Of a stretch of 64,000 bases of DNA, positions 1-14,429 are shown in pieces. This stretch comes from Azolla caroliniana (lineage: Eukaryota > Plantae > Polypodiophyta). The notes under the pieces are model-generated. The model was given only the letters and a program-made list of their open reading frames with translations, searched no databases and had not been told where the DNA came from. Made by a program: the position numbers and the translations under genes. The stretch lies in assembly GCA_043228905.1 (NCBI GenBank), contig JBHGNT010000003.1, positions 24,118,001-24,182,000 of the forward strand, in the 5' to 3' direction. Every line of letters begins with the position of its first letter. Within the stretch, counting starts at the first letter, position 1.

Positions 1-742
1 ATCTTCTTTCTTTTCTTCTGATTACCAATTCAATATAGTGTGTTTTGTCTGCGTGAGACAGACAGACATTCAGACACACCCAGAGAGACAGAGAGAGCTG
101 TGAGCTCTGAGAGAGAGAGAGAGAGACAGAGAGAGAGCTATGAGAGCTTTATATACTAATCAATAGAATGATCTCTGATCATGCTGCCATTACAGAGGGG
201 GCCTTCTGGCCCTTAACCACATGAACAACGCTTGCTCCTGCTACTGATGCTGCTGCTCCGGCTTCTTCTTCTTCTTCTTCTGCAGCTCAGCTTTTTTCTC
301 GTTTAGTAAACCAAACCAAATCTCGGACTGCTGCAGCTTATCCATTCTTGTTCTTATTCCTAAAACAGATGGAGCCATTTTCCTAAATCAATGAATTGGC
401 TCAAACCATACAACACAAACACAATTAATTAAACTACGCAATTAATTACAGTACTGTAGACGGTGGCATATATGTTTATGCTTCTCCAGCTGCTGCTCAT
501 AATAGCAATAATGGTGGTGTCCCTACCGCTAATTAATTAGTTAATTCATTAATTTGCATGATTAACTCGCCTGCATACTACTCTATTACGGTTATTATTA
601 GAATTTGCTTGAAGACACATAACCTCATGTCGACCTGCTTCTGGTCTTAAATTAAGTATTGTTTCTAGCTATAACTAATGGTAATTTATCCTAAAATCTG
701 CCATTAAAGTAAAGAGCATATATACGATAAAGACAGAGTAAA

Positions 743-3700
743 ATGGAGGGCCCCAGGAATATGTTCTCTGCTGCATCAACACAATATACTGCTAATAATC
801 ATAATGGTAACAGTAACAGCAGCAGTAGCCATCATCGTGTCAATGAAGATGGCGGTAGTAGCAGTCCTAACCACACCTTGCAGCAGCAGCAGCAGTTGAA
901 TTTACTGCAGGCCGCGGCGCAAAACCCAGGTGCAGGCACCATAGCCATAGCCATAGGGCAGCAACAGCAACAGCAACAGCAGAATGCAGAGCAATGCAGC
1001 AGAAAGTCGAGCTCCTCCTCTGCCTCCGATCGAATGGAGGTGGAAGCAGCGGAGAGGTCCAGCCGCGGATTGGGAGGCATGGCGGAGGCCGCCGATCAAC
1101 AGCAGTATCATCAGCTCTACCATCACGAGCTGAACCGCCTGGCGCAGTTGCAGAGCTCGGGCGCCGCCTCCACAGGGTTTGCAGGTTTAGGCGGCTTCCT
1201 AGGCGGCTCGTCGTCGTCGTCGTCCTCCTCTCTGGTGCGCAGCAACTCCACTCTCGGCTTGGCTTCTGCTGGCCACGATCAATCCGCCGGACATTACCCT
1301 ACTGCTTCTACGGATTTCTCAGCCATGATGGCCGGCAGTACTGATCTTTATTATGGCCTCCGTACCGCCGCCTCCAGCCGTACAGGCGAGGACAGTAATA
1401 GCAATTCCATGGCGTCTGTTTACGATGCAATGGCTGCAGCTCGCTCCAGTCTATATCATTCCCCTCTGCTCAGCAATCCATACGCTTCTCTCCAAAATTC
1501 AGGTATATGTATATATGGATGTATGTATGTACATAATATATGCATATATGTGTGTAGTAAATCATTGATTAGATATATTGTTCCTTCGACTGATTAATCC
1601 ATGGATTAATATCGTGTTTCCCTCTAAAAGCATTCATGGGCAAGTCTGTGGGAAATTGACACAATGCGGCCTGCCGATCAATCCGCAGATGAATAATGCC
1701 ACGGCTCATGAAGGATTTTGATTTAAAAGTTCTTTTTCTTTTCGTAAAGTTCGCGACAGCAACGTATTGCATGGAATTTTTTGCTCTGTTCCTCGTATTC
1801 TTCTGTGTCGAGAAGAGCTAGAGAGACAGACAGACAGACAGACAGACACAGAGATGGAGATGTGAGAGAATGTTGGACAGGAAAATCAGAGTGGAAAGAG
1901 TATCGTTTACGTATAGAGGACCGCTGTCTTGCTTTCGTGCTTTTTTGAGCATGATTTCTGTCACTACAAGAAGCGCGTTCTTCTCCTCTGTTTCTTTTTG
2001 CTTTCGTGGTTTTTTTGAGCATGATTTCTGTCACTATAAAGAAACGCGTTCTTCTTCTTCTTCTTCTTCTTCTTCTTCTACTTGTGCTTCTTCTCTGCAA
2101 CTATGCGTTTTGCTTTTTCCATTACGTCCACTTTTGCGTTTCTGGTTTGGCACCCACAATTGCGGAAAAAGCAAAAACTCAAAAAAAGCTTCTAGAAAAG
2201 CACAGAAAGTGAAGAGGAAAACGAGCAAAGAAAGTACACACACTCCCTACCTACATTGAAAGATATTTAAGCGAGAAGACAAGAAGCAAAAAGCAAAAGG
2301 AGAGAGAGAGAGAGAGAGAGGGGAAACGAGAAAAACAAGTCAAAGAAGAGGCTTCCCTGTCAGTGGGTACTAGTAGGAGTAAGTAGTATGTGATGTTGAA
2401 AGAAAGCAAGCAACCATGAATTCAATAAAATGTGAATGGAAATGATATAAGCAGGAGGCTGTGTGTGTGTGAGATGAAGCTGGGAAAGATAATAGTAGCA
2501 AGTAGTAGGAATTAACGGTTGGATTGATTAGCTAGAAACCAAGCCTCTGTGATGATGAATGATGAATGATGAATGATGAATGATGGATGATGAATGATCT
2601 GATTGATTTTGATTGAATTTGATGGACATCTGCTAATTCTACTACTACTACAATTACTTTTGTGTTTTTTGCTTTTGTTTTTTTAGGGTTGGTTCCTATG
2701 GGCCTCCTCCAGCAGCAGCAGCCAGTGGGCATGGTTGTGTTCACACCTGCCCAGCTCCGGGAGCTGCAGCACCAGGCACTTGTGCTGAAATACATCATGA
2801 ATGGTGTGAATGTGCCCTTGGAGCTTGTCCACCCTCTCATCATCAGACCAGGTTCTGCAGCAGGAGTAGGGGCAGCAGCAGGACTCTTGTCAGCTGCTGC
2901 TTCATCACCTCACCATCTGCTTCACCATACCCATCACCATCATCTTGCCAATCGTAAGCACCCTAAACCCTAATCTTTTTATGTATCTTCTTTTGCTCCA
3001 TTCTTTTCCATGATTCCAACACACATTTCACCCACTCTGCTCTGCTCTCTCTCTCTCATATCACCCATCCCCTGAATCCAATGGCTTTTGTAGACCTTGA
3101 AAATTCCACCATATAGTGTAAATATACAATCCCATCACAATGCCTTTTCTAATGTCTGATTTTTGTAAGGGGCTTGCTTGTCATATCACATGATCCTCTC
3201 TCTCTCTCTCTACATGTGTGTGTGTGTGTATATACATATGTATTTGGCACAAGTTTTAGTGGGTCACTTTTCAGTTTGTTGGAAATGATAGATAGACTCT
3301 TCCTTCCATACATAGTTTGAGGCCAACCACTTGAGATTCCTCTTCTTTTCCTCCGCACACTTGGTTTCATTTAAAACTCTTATTATTTCCATAGATCTTC
3401 CTCGTGTTTTTGTCCAGGGCATGTGTGTTTCTCTCCTAATCACATGGCGTGCGTGTTTTCCGATAGATCCTCATGTGTGGATAAATGCTCTCTACTCATT
3501 GAGCCGATTGGAAATAGAAAATAATGAATTTTCGCGAAAGACTACGAGTCGGTAGGAATTTGCTAGACTGTGTATCAAGCATACGAGGTCGTGAATTTCG
3601 ATCAAGAATTATATTGAATAAGATTAGTTGTCCTCGAAATTCGAGGTCGAAACTACTTCTGTTGCTCTCCCAATAAGGTAAATGTAAAAAACATACAAAG

Positions 3701-4524
3701 AGACTTGACATTTTGCTATGTCATGGGTTCTATATTGTTTATTATTCCAAAGTATTGTGCATGGTTTAGATGCATCATCACATTAACCCCTGAGCTCTTT
3801 CTAGAATTTTCAATATTGTCCGGATATATCAATTGCCAACATTTTATGACATTTATTGATTCAAGCCAAAATCTCTTTCATACGACACAAGTGCCTTTTT
3901 GAATAGATCTAGTTGTTTAAAACATTGAAGCAACTAATTACGTCACGTTTCCAAATGATTGCATTGGGAATTAATTCCCAATCTCCTAATGGCAATGCTT
4001 TTCTTTTAAGTAAAAAAAAAAGATCATCAAGGAAGCCTATGTTTTTAAGATTTCAATGTAGCAATCTATGCATAGTTTTGAACTTTGTTGCATGTTGGCT
4101 TTGTGTTAGAGGTAGGCCAATTGAGTTCCAAAAAAATACGTTGTTATTTCCATGAATCATAAGTGTGATGTCTTAGCCTATGCATAGACTCTTGGCTGTT
4201 GACAAAGTGGTAAATGCTCCATTGGAAATGTATACGTTCTTATGTTTAAACCTTCTCTATCAAAATAATTTGCAGGACCTAATCTAAATTCAATTAATTT
4301 ATTTATTAGAGAGGACTAAGGGCCTATCGAGAGGGATGATTGTCTTCCCAAACAAGTGCCTATGATCGAGAGGGATGAATGTTAAAATAATTGATAGGAC
4401 GTGTCTATTTTCAAATGTGAAAGTGCTCATATTTGGTTCATTGCCCACCTCTGAGGCCATAGACTAGCCCCACTTGCTATAATGTAGTAGGAAAAAGGCC
4501 AAACCCTAGAGAATCTAACCCTTT

Positions 4525-4576
<52 letters not shown>

Positions 4577-4821
4577 AGTGGCTATTGACACAACAACTTA
4601 TGATGATATTGTAGTGCCATGGGGTGGGTATAGGCTGGGGTTTGGAGTTAATGCCGACCCGGAGCCAGGAAGATGCAGGCGGACGGACGGAAAGAAGTGG
4701 CGATGCTCGAGGGATGTGGTGCCCGACCAGAAGTACTGCGAGCGGCACATTCACAGAGGGAGGCATCGTGCACGTGGAAAGCTCAACAATGCCTCTGAGG
4801 CGGCCATGGCCCAACAGAGCC

Positions 4822-4852
<31 letters not shown>

Positions 4853-6928
4853 GGCAGTGTCTACATCTACTACTACATCTTCATCGTGCCCCGCGGGTCT
4901 CTCTAGCGTAGTGACCAATTCCAATAATAACAATGTTTCGTCTATGTCCTCGACGGGCACGGCCGTGTCCTCGGGTACGCGGTCACCCCTAGGTTCTGCT
5001 GGCCTACCTTCCAATGCACCCCCCCACAATGCCCAACAACTGCAACAAAGACCACAACAGAACCAACAGCAGTTACAGTTACACCCACAAAACCTGCAGC
5101 AGCAGCCATCATCACATCTATCAAACCAACAGCAGTTATTTCAACAGCAGCAATTGCAGCTACAGCTCCAGCAGCAGCAAAACAGCCATCATCAACATAG
5201 TAGTAGCTCTACTAATCATGGTATCAGGCCTTACAACTCTGCATCCCCCAGCGAGGCCTCGGGTGCCTCTGTTGGATCCTCTGTCACTGCATCCCAGCAC
5301 TACATGCACACCTTGCAGCAGCCCCACACCTCTTCTGCCGGCAAAGATTCGCTCCGGTAAGTCTATCTCCATCTTCGCAAAGAGCTTTTGATTTGCAGTT
5401 TTTTTAGAGTTAAGGTCTTTCCCGTGCAACGATTCCGCTTTAAGGTTTTGGGTTTATACAATAAGGGATTTTGCATATTATAATAGAGGAGTTTGGGTGG
5501 TTTAAGGTTTCTTGACAAAGGGTTTAGGACTGCATAGGGTTTATGACGAAGGATTTGGGGCTGTTCAAGGTTTCAGGATTTAGGATTTTTTAGGGTTTAA
5601 GAGTCAGCATTTGGGTTGTTTAGGGTTTTCAATGGTGGATGAATGAAGGGTTTACAGTTGTTCATATTTAGGATGGTGTTTTTGTTTTTAACAATGAACG
5701 ATATATTGTTAAGGATTTAGACTGAGGGTTGAAAGGCTCACAATTAACGGGTTAGGGGATAGGCTAAAGGGTGGTTTCTTTCGAATGATTAAGGATGGTG
5801 TTCAGGTTTACAATGAAGGATCTAAATGAACAGGATTATGTGAATGGAGGAAACTAGTCTAAGGTTTATGCAGCCTGAAAAGTTACCATATTTGCTATTC
5901 ATTGTTTTTTTGTGGACAGATATATGAGTGGAATTGCTGGTAGAAGTGATCTTGATCTAGGTGCAGAGCAAATGCAACTTTTCGCTGAAGCTTCAGGTAG
6001 CACAAGAGCAACAAACATGAGCCAAGATTTTCAATCAATGAACCAACAACAAAGTGGAGGTTTAAATATAATCTCTTCTATTAATAACAATATGAACTCG
6101 TGGCGATCTCATGCATCAATGCAACAATCTAGAGCTCCTTCTCCAAGCCCAACCGCGACAATATCACAACAATCGATGAAGGAAAGTAGCCCTTCGGCTA
6201 TGATGCAATATACCTCTCCTCAATTGAGAACATTACTCGGAAGCGATTTTAACCTGATGCCAACAGAACCAAGCGGACAGCAACACCATCAATACTCTAA
6301 CTTCCTCGGCGGTGGTTATGGTTCAGTTACAGAGGCAGTTACAAGAGATCAATCACAAGAGAGCCAACCTCTGCGACACTTCTTTGATGATTGGCCAAGA
6401 TCAAAGGATGCATCCACTCTCTCATGGTCGGATGTCGAGGATGAAAAGCCGCATCATCATCGGAATTCTTCCACTACACAACTTTCAATTTCAATACCTA
6501 TATCAGGGAACTCCTCAGATTTCAATAACACAACTTCAGGGTCACCTAATGATCCGGGATCGAAGCTAAAACTGTCTCCTTTGAAGTTATCGATGTCAAG
6601 AGGAGGGGAGGATGAGATTCCTCTAGGTGTAGAGCTTGGGGTTGGGATGGGACTAGGAATACATGAAGATCATAGGAATCATAACCATCACCATGATCAT
6701 CATGTCGGCCAACAAAATCAAGCTAATTGGATTCCGATTGCCTGGGAAACACCAGTTGGTGGCCCTTTGGCTGAAGTTCTTCAGTCAAGCACTCCGAGGT
6801 CAAGTAATAAGAATTCAGGTGGTCTTAATCTCATGACTGAGGGATGGGAGGAGGAGAGCCCTCGAGGTAGCCCACCATTGACCTCTTCTTCACCTTCAAG
6901 AGGTAACATTGAAAACCCAAAGTACTAG
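743..6928 (+). CDS. GRF: Growth-regulating factor (QLQ + WRC transcription factor); exons 743-1502, 2687-2953, 4615-5356, 5920-6928, possibly ending instead 5920-6902 + 7007-7071
   Basis: QLQ motif [32 protein letters not shown] motif [36 protein letters not shown], and C-terminal [18 protein letters not shown] and GGPLAEVL motifs. GT-AG junctions at these coordinates keep the frame. Confidence 0.95.
1931..2054. repeat. ~70-bp tandem duplication in GRF intron 1
   Basis: GCTTTCGTG(C/G)TTTTTTGAGCATGATTTCTGTCACTA...GAA(G/A)CGCGTTCTTC occurs at about 1931 and about 2000. Confidence 0.85.
4528..4572. repeat. (AG)n microsatellite in GRF intron 2
   Basis: Uninterrupted AG run shortly before the exon 3 acceptor. 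Confidence 0.95.
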
Positions 6929-7552
6929 TTTTTGAAAAGATTGAATTGAAACCTGAAGTGGAGCGTTAACTATTTGAAAACTGGGATGTATTGTCATGTT
7001 TAACAGATAGAAAAGAAGCAAGTAAAGGGGTAAATTCTGGAGATGTAGATGCATTGAAAGGTACTGATTGAGCTTCGGATGGTATCCAAACGATCTCCTA
7101 CTTGCCTTAATTAAACCTACTAAATCCAATCTGAACATAGCCTAACATTAACCTGAACCTCAGGCCACTCTTAGTCCTAACCCCAAAACATGACCTGTTA
7201 ATTCTTAACACCACAGCGTAAACCCCAAAACATTTAACAAAAGAAACTCTCTTAGGCTAGAATATGTATCATCTGGAGTGTTGATAATGCTTCAATATAT
7301 CATAGCTTGATGTAGGATTACAAATATTGCATGCATTACCAACACTCGTCTTGATGCATTGACTTTGTAGACACATTGTTCATGGATCTTTGCGAGATGC
7401 ACGGTTGTGTGTTGTCGCCTTCTGGAGATGCTTTTTTCCACATGCAAATTGTCTCCGAAAATTTGCATGACACCATTTCCCACCAATCGATAAGCTATGC
7501 TTGAATGATTTACTTGAAAAATTACTTGGTTCCTAGCATATTTTTGGAATTC

Positions 7553-7890
7553 TGAAGGATGTTATGGTTGATGTGCGACCAGTTTCCCCATTATGAAATG
7601 CTTGTTGGTAGTATTTGTTCATAATTTTACAATACTCTTGGTTATCAAAGGAAGAAAAAAATTATTGTATACAAGTGGCCAATATTTTGGCAAGTGTATC
7701 ACATTAATTCACAATTTTGCTTGAAGGATGTTATGGGTGATGTGCAACCAGTTTCCTGAATATGAAATGCTTGTTGGTAGTATTTGTTCATGATTTTACA
7801 ATACTCTTGGTTATCAAAAGAAGAAAAAATTTATTGTATACAAGTAAACAATATTTTGGCAAGTGTATCACATTAATTCACAATTTTGCT
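7553..7890. repeat. 169-bp tandem duplication (2 copies)
   Basis: TGAAGGATGTTATGG...CACAATTTTGCT at 7553-7721 and 7722-7890, with scattered substitutions. Confidence 0.9.
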
Positions 7891-10399
7891 CTAAATAAAA
7901 GCAGTGCAAGAAGAAATAGATCTCCAATGGCACTTGTGTGAAGCTGATATAGTTCAAACCAAGAAAATGACATCTTTAGGAGGAAGATATAGTTTCTTCA
8001 AAATATATTGTTGTGGAGTTTTTGTTTAGACTCCATATTGATCACAATATGGAAATCTAAACTTAATAGCTTGAATCTGTATTTTATTGAAAAGACAATT
8101 CAATAACAGTTTCTTAGGCATATGGTAAATATACTATTTTGCATTGCAAGCATGAGGAGACAGTTAATTGTTTTGGTTGAATTTGCTAATTAAACCTGCC
8201 AAAAAATAGTTCACAGATATTTTGTTTATGTATTTGTATTAGAAGTTGGCCAGCATAATATTGTACAGTAAAGTTTTTGCCAGCATCTTATTTTCACATT
8301 ATTAAATATTTTCTCTAGTGTAATTAAGAATAAAACTTCAAAAACAAGACACTGAGAAACAATTTGATGCAGTGCCTTGACATAATTATAAATGTGTGAC
8401 AGTCAGAGAAGACCACATGAAATATGTGAATAGGGCTCAAGTGCAAGATGAATTTGAACACTTTTGATAGTAAATTTCGCACCATCAAAAGTGATAGAGT
8501 ACAAAGATTTTATTTTTGTCTCCAAAGTTGGAAGTATTTGGAGATGTACATGACACTCATTGAAGAATTCTCCAAATGAAAGTTGAATTGACAATGCACA
8601 TTGTTCATGGGAGAAAAATGTGTCGAAGAAAACTGGTAGCCAGAACAATGTGGAACTTTGTTCACATAATGTGTATGGACTTGGTAAAAAAACATTACTA
8701 ATGAATATTGCAAATGGAGTGAGCACATTGTAAATGAATAAAAACTCGTGAGTATTTCAATTGATTTTTGTTATTCTACTTTTCAATGATGCTGTTATTT
8801 TTTTCAATGGATTAACTATGGTCTGATGTTGGACAACCATGGCATGAAGCAATATAGATCAGAAGTCTGTTCATGAGAAAGATGGAGGATTTTGGGTTTT
8901 ACATGGCCATTAACAAAGGTTGAGAGAAACAAACAATGACTATAATAGATCCAAAGTGGTCTTTGAAATTGCCCATGAGAAAGGGCAATGTGTTCAGCCA
9001 TGCAATGGTGTTAAGGCAACTTATGGGTAGCCGTAAGTACCTCAATTTTGAGATGGGAAGGGAGGACATGAGGTGCTATCCAACATGGGTTATGAATCAA
9101 AGAAATAAACATGAGCTATGTTATTCAAAAGAACTAAATGGAGCTTTTTTAATTGCAAGATCAAACAAACAAAATGATAAGATTCGTCCAAGCATATATT
9201 CATGAGAAACTTTCATCTAGGCCTGCTAGAACAACACTTTTGGAATCTCAACCTGCATCTAGAGCTCATATGCATAACGTAGCATTACCACCACCAGAAA
9301 GTAGAGCACTATCACTACCTCTACTTCCACATCCACTACCAACATTGTAGGTTCAGATTCAAGAGTTTTTGCTATCCACTCACACAGTTTGTCTATATGT
9401 GTGCCTTATCATCCAATCACACCTTGCTATGTTAGGTCCATATGTGAGTGGTGCTTCTATATTTGTGCATGAATGCACATCTTTATGTCTATGTTAGCCA
9501 ACCGAGAAATAAAGCAAGCCTTGAGCTTTATTGCACATAAAAGGACCAATGTTAAAGCTGATTTACAAGCAAATTTATTTTAATACCAACTTCACCATCA
9601 GCAATTCTGAGTTCATCACAAATATCATTGTTGTTTATTCATTGTGTAGTTTACAGCATTCGTAAGTCACCGATATCCCTAATAAATACATATATTTCTA
9701 TTTACGACATATTGTACGCTCTTAATTATTTGTCAAGTTTATATACAAACATGTCATAGCTTCCATTGTCTAATTTGGATACATCACTGCATGCAGATAT
9801 AAACATAGCTTTATTTCATTTCCTCCCAAAGGCTGTCATTATCATTTTTCTAGTATACAAAGAAAGTTCATTATTCAATCCCTTGCATTCTTTAATTTTT
9901 AGGAATTCTCACATTGATCCTAAAAATCCATGTGTTCGAAATTTAACTAGAGCATAATGAATAGATTCGTCAGAAAGAACATGACATTAACCGATTGCTT
10001 GCACAGAATGGAAGATTGTATTTGCTAACTACAAAAAGAAATGTGACATCAATGGTACTTCTGGTTGGAAATAAAGATTAGATTAGATTTCTTTTTGTCC
10101 AAAAGGACAAATTTGACCTATGGAACAAAATAAACATATCATTTTGTATGGGACTCCTTCCAAAGGAAGGGGTTTACTACTCTTTAGTAAAACCTCTCAA
10201 TGTGAAAATAATGCATGCACACATGTGTTTGCCCTTCTTGGTGAAGCCCATCTAACAAATCAACATACTTCTCATGAATTACATTATATATTGAGCATGT
10301 GAAAAGTGATGATGATCGCCCACTAGGTTTTCATAGCAAAGCTGGCATATCTTCATAATTGGGTGATGTTTTCATGAAGCTATCTCAACACCCAACCTG

Positions 10400-13120
10400 T
10401 ATGGGCGAGTTTGAAGAACTTGGGCCAACCAAGGCTCATGGGGGTAATAGTATGTGGTTGGATATGTTATGGCATTTTTATGTTGTATTGGGGCCAGTAT
10501 TCGAGGGTTAACATTTGGAATGAAATATTCCAATTGACATTTTAGTATATTGCCACTGCATCCTTAACGCCTCCAGTAATCTCTCCTCAATGATCACATA
10601 CATAGCATTACCTGAGTGGAAATGAAGAGTGACAATGATGGGGCCTTCAGTGTTATTGATCATCTCTCTATAACTGTCACTTTTCAAGTGATGTAAGTTT
10701 TCTCTAGTGACCTTATGTTGGTTATGAACAGCTTCAAATGGCTCCAGCAACCTCTTTGGCAAAAAAGAGGCTCTAACGCAAGGACATTCATCATTAATTC
10801 ATTTCATGGCTGTATAATATCAAGGAATGGATCTTGCTTGTACTTGATGGGATTTACTGCTGTGCAGTCACAATAGTGTGATTACAACCCTCAAAAGCCT
10901 TGTGAAGACAGAATGGTGGGTGATTTCCATCTTAATCCAGACACAAACCTTTCCGAAACTTCTTTTTAAGCGTGTGGGATTGTCAATTGGGAATTGCTTA
11001 TTATTCTCCACTACTCATTGAGAACAGTCCTTCGAGTTGAACTAATCCGACATCTTTCTGGATCATTCTTTCCTCATGCCATCTTAGAGATGACAAACAA
11101 TCAAGATCTGAAAATGTACATAAGTTTCGACCCCACAATGACCCTTGATCTTACTTGGGATACTATACCGCAATAAGAGTTCTCAGTAGGATAACTGAAA
11201 ACCCTAATCTTGTGATAATGCCCGCTCTATGATTATCAAGGAATAAGTAGATCCTCGCATAATGACTTTTAATATTAGGAGGCACATTATAATGCAATAA
11301 CGATCTCTTCTGTGGAAAAAGCAAGGTTACTTATTGTGTTTTCATGTTCATCCTACAGGTCCCTTAGAATGCACCCTCAACCATAGGAGAGATTATAAAG
11401 TGGCACGGGTTCTCAATAGGGAAGGCAATGTCCCTTATCATGTTTTAGTCTCCTCGTTTGTTGCAGAATGATTTATATTTTATCCCCATGCCACACTAAA
11501 TGATGATCGACATGAGGTATATGTCAAAACAATTTCATAGACCATGATATCTTCCTCAGTTAAGAATTTTTCAAATCTAATACAACCTTGAAGAAATTCC
11601 TAGTGCTTTGCTATTTTTGGTATATAGAAGCAAAATAGGTAACATATGCCTTCTTCCTACCTAGTATTCAGCTAACTCCGGGTTTCTATTTTATATGTTT
11701 AGTAATTGTGCATCAGTGCAATGTTGTCTCACTCTATTGGGCATGGTTGTCTTGCTGTCAGCTTGAGCATCAGCCAGTCGCCCTAGGTAATTTTTCTAAT
11801 TCTAAGTATTAATGAAACTTACAATATGTTGGGCTTTTCTATATTTTCTATGCTTGGTATCCTAAAACCCAAGAATCGGAGAAGGCCTCTAGAAACTCAG
11901 ATTTCCAAGGTGCTGTGTAAAATATGCACATCCAAATGTTTTTCAACATGCAAAATTGCAAACATACCAGATGTATAGGGTGCAGCTAGGTGAATGAAAT
12001 TTCCATTCATTATATTTCTGTGGTAAGAATTCAATATCCATGGTAATCTCTGAAAATATTGATCACGTGATGATCTAATGTGGAAAGCCAGTGGATACAA
12101 GGAGCGGTCTCCAATGCCATGCAATACAGGCTTTCATCTCATGAAGATACACCATATGTTGGCATCTTCTATGTCAATGACAAAGAGCTAAACTCTAGTT
12201 TTCATTACTCCTTTCTGGTTACAATATCTGATTGTATATCACAAAGACTATCCTTGGTAATATCCACGAGGAAGAACTGTGTCAAAGTTCTCTTCCTTGG
12301 TGGATCTCATATATCCCTTGGTCTTGTCTATATCTCATGATCTCTAAGAGGAAGAGTACACCTATATTATTATTTTAGGTCAAAATGACATATAAGATTG
12401 AGTAAAAGGTTACATTTTAAAATGTTATCTCATCTTGAGAACAACAAACCATAATAAATATAAATATATAAGTAGAATAGCCTATGGTGCCAGAGAATCT
12501 CATAGCTGAGCATTAAACATTCTGGACGTGGACTGAAACCTCTGTTCTCAAAATATCACCGCCATGGGCCGATCCCAAATGGAGAGGCCTTCAAAGTGAG
12601 GGAAGCACCTTTGGTATTTTGATAATGGTTTTATTATCTTGCCAAGGTTAACAAGATTGTTGTCCAGATAGACGTGGTGGCCTACATGCATGACAAGTTG
12701 TTGTTACCTTATCTATCATAACCCTTTTTGAGTGTTGTGGTCAACCCCCTACTTGTAGAATGAGTAACGGAGCTAAAGAAACTTGTAATAGTTCTTTGTT
12801 GGTGAGATGTTGTTATTTGATGACAGAAGTGCCAGCATTTTCAAGTGTAGACAATCCAAGTGAAATTGGATTGGGGATGGTGCATTTATATTATGCCATG
12901 AGATTTGTGCCTTTTTTGCATTTCAGCATACCAATAATGATTATCCATGTTCAACCAGCTGTTTTGATGACATAAGTGCCAACCTTGATGAGTACCCTTG
13001 CTTTGGAGTCCTCAGATTCTTTGGTTACCAGTCATTTATTGGAATAGTACTCATCAAATAGCTCCCAGCCCTGCTCAGCTCATATCATGAGACACTGATG
13101 CTTTGCTCCTTATCATGTGC
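10400..13120 (-). mobile_element. Heavily degenerate retroelement-like remnant, possibly Ty3/gypsy
   Basis: Minus-strand fragments such as HVYLDNNLV (YxDD-like, about 12660-12680) and FVSGLRW (gag-like, about 10930-10950) among many stops. No LTRs found. Confidence 0.3.
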
Positions 13121-13206
13121 ACAATAATAAACACTAAAGGTATTATCCATATATGTCAAGGTTTGTGCCCTATTAAGGTTCAATCCTAACAATCAGCAAC
13201 GGAGGA

Positions 13207-13240
<34 letters not shown>

Positions 13241-14429
13241 CCTTCTCTTCGAGGCGTGTATGTGAACACAAGGGCGCATCCCTGCTCTCCTTTTCAAGGG
13301 CATGTTCGTGCTCTCCTTTTCGAGGGGTGTTTGTGAACATGAGGAAAGTCTGTCTTGGCGTATTTCAACGCACGGTGTGCTCATGTTGCTTGTGTGGCCA
13401 TGGTTCGAGAAACCGTGGTTTGTTGGCATCAACATGTTCGTGGTGCAGTCATGGGCTCGCCGACGTTGTGTTTGTGCTCTCACCTCTTCAGAGGTGTGTT
13501 CGTGATCTTCTGTTCGTGTTGGCGTTGGAGGTTGGGATCATCGGAGAAGAGAGTGCGGTCAGTGCTTCCCGTTTGCCGTTGTGAGCCCGTGTGCTCGCCG
13601 TTCGTGGTTTGTGGTTAGGGTGGTTGTGGGTAACACCTTGCTCCCCCCTGGAAACCCTATGATTTTGTTCCTCCCTTTCTTGTACTCAAGTTTGGTCGAA
13701 ACGGCCGTCGTAAATTTTTCTCACAACTCGTAAGCCATTTTAACATTTGTTTTTATGTACCTTTGTGCTTTACTATCATGAGTTTCCTTGTTGCCACTTT
13801 GTCTAAACTGTCAGGTAATCGTCGTCCCTCGTCGCGCTCGCAAGAATACTCGCTTGACTCCATACTCATAACGGACCACTCAATGTTAAGGTCGGCGGAA
13901 AAGGGAAAACTCGACAAGATATCACTCGTTGAGGACAGAACGACTTGACAAAATTCGTCGGGCGAAAGGGTGCCAGCATTTGTCAACTGTTTCACTCAAC
14001 GAGCGCTTAAGCTCGTATTGCAAGAAGTACACCAACCCCCTCCCCCCTCACTGAGACTCCCTAGTCCAAGGCCCCCATGGTCCCGCCCAACATCACGCAC
14101 ACGAATCTTCGTGACACCATTTAAAAAAACTTGAACACGAACCAAACCGTTTAAACCGTTAAGCCACAGTTTCGCGGTTCAGTTCGGTTCAAACCGAACC
14201 ATTGCCGATTATTACTTAATCCCCAATTTCACACAATCATATGAGTTAATAATCATGGCTAAAGTTCTGCTCCATATCTGTTAAGTTGTGTGGTTATGAA
14301 GGTTCAATGATTGAAATATTTTAAAATGGCATTTCTAAAACATAGTATACTTCAGGGTATTCTAAAACATATTCGAAACATAAACTACACATTTTTTAAA
14401 CAACAATGTAGTGCAGCCCATACCAGACC

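Noticed and set aside
13190-14210. GC-richer segment ending in clustered AACCG/CGGTT motifs, possibly a hAT/MITE end
   Set aside because: No matching opposite end, TSD or recognisable coding motif.
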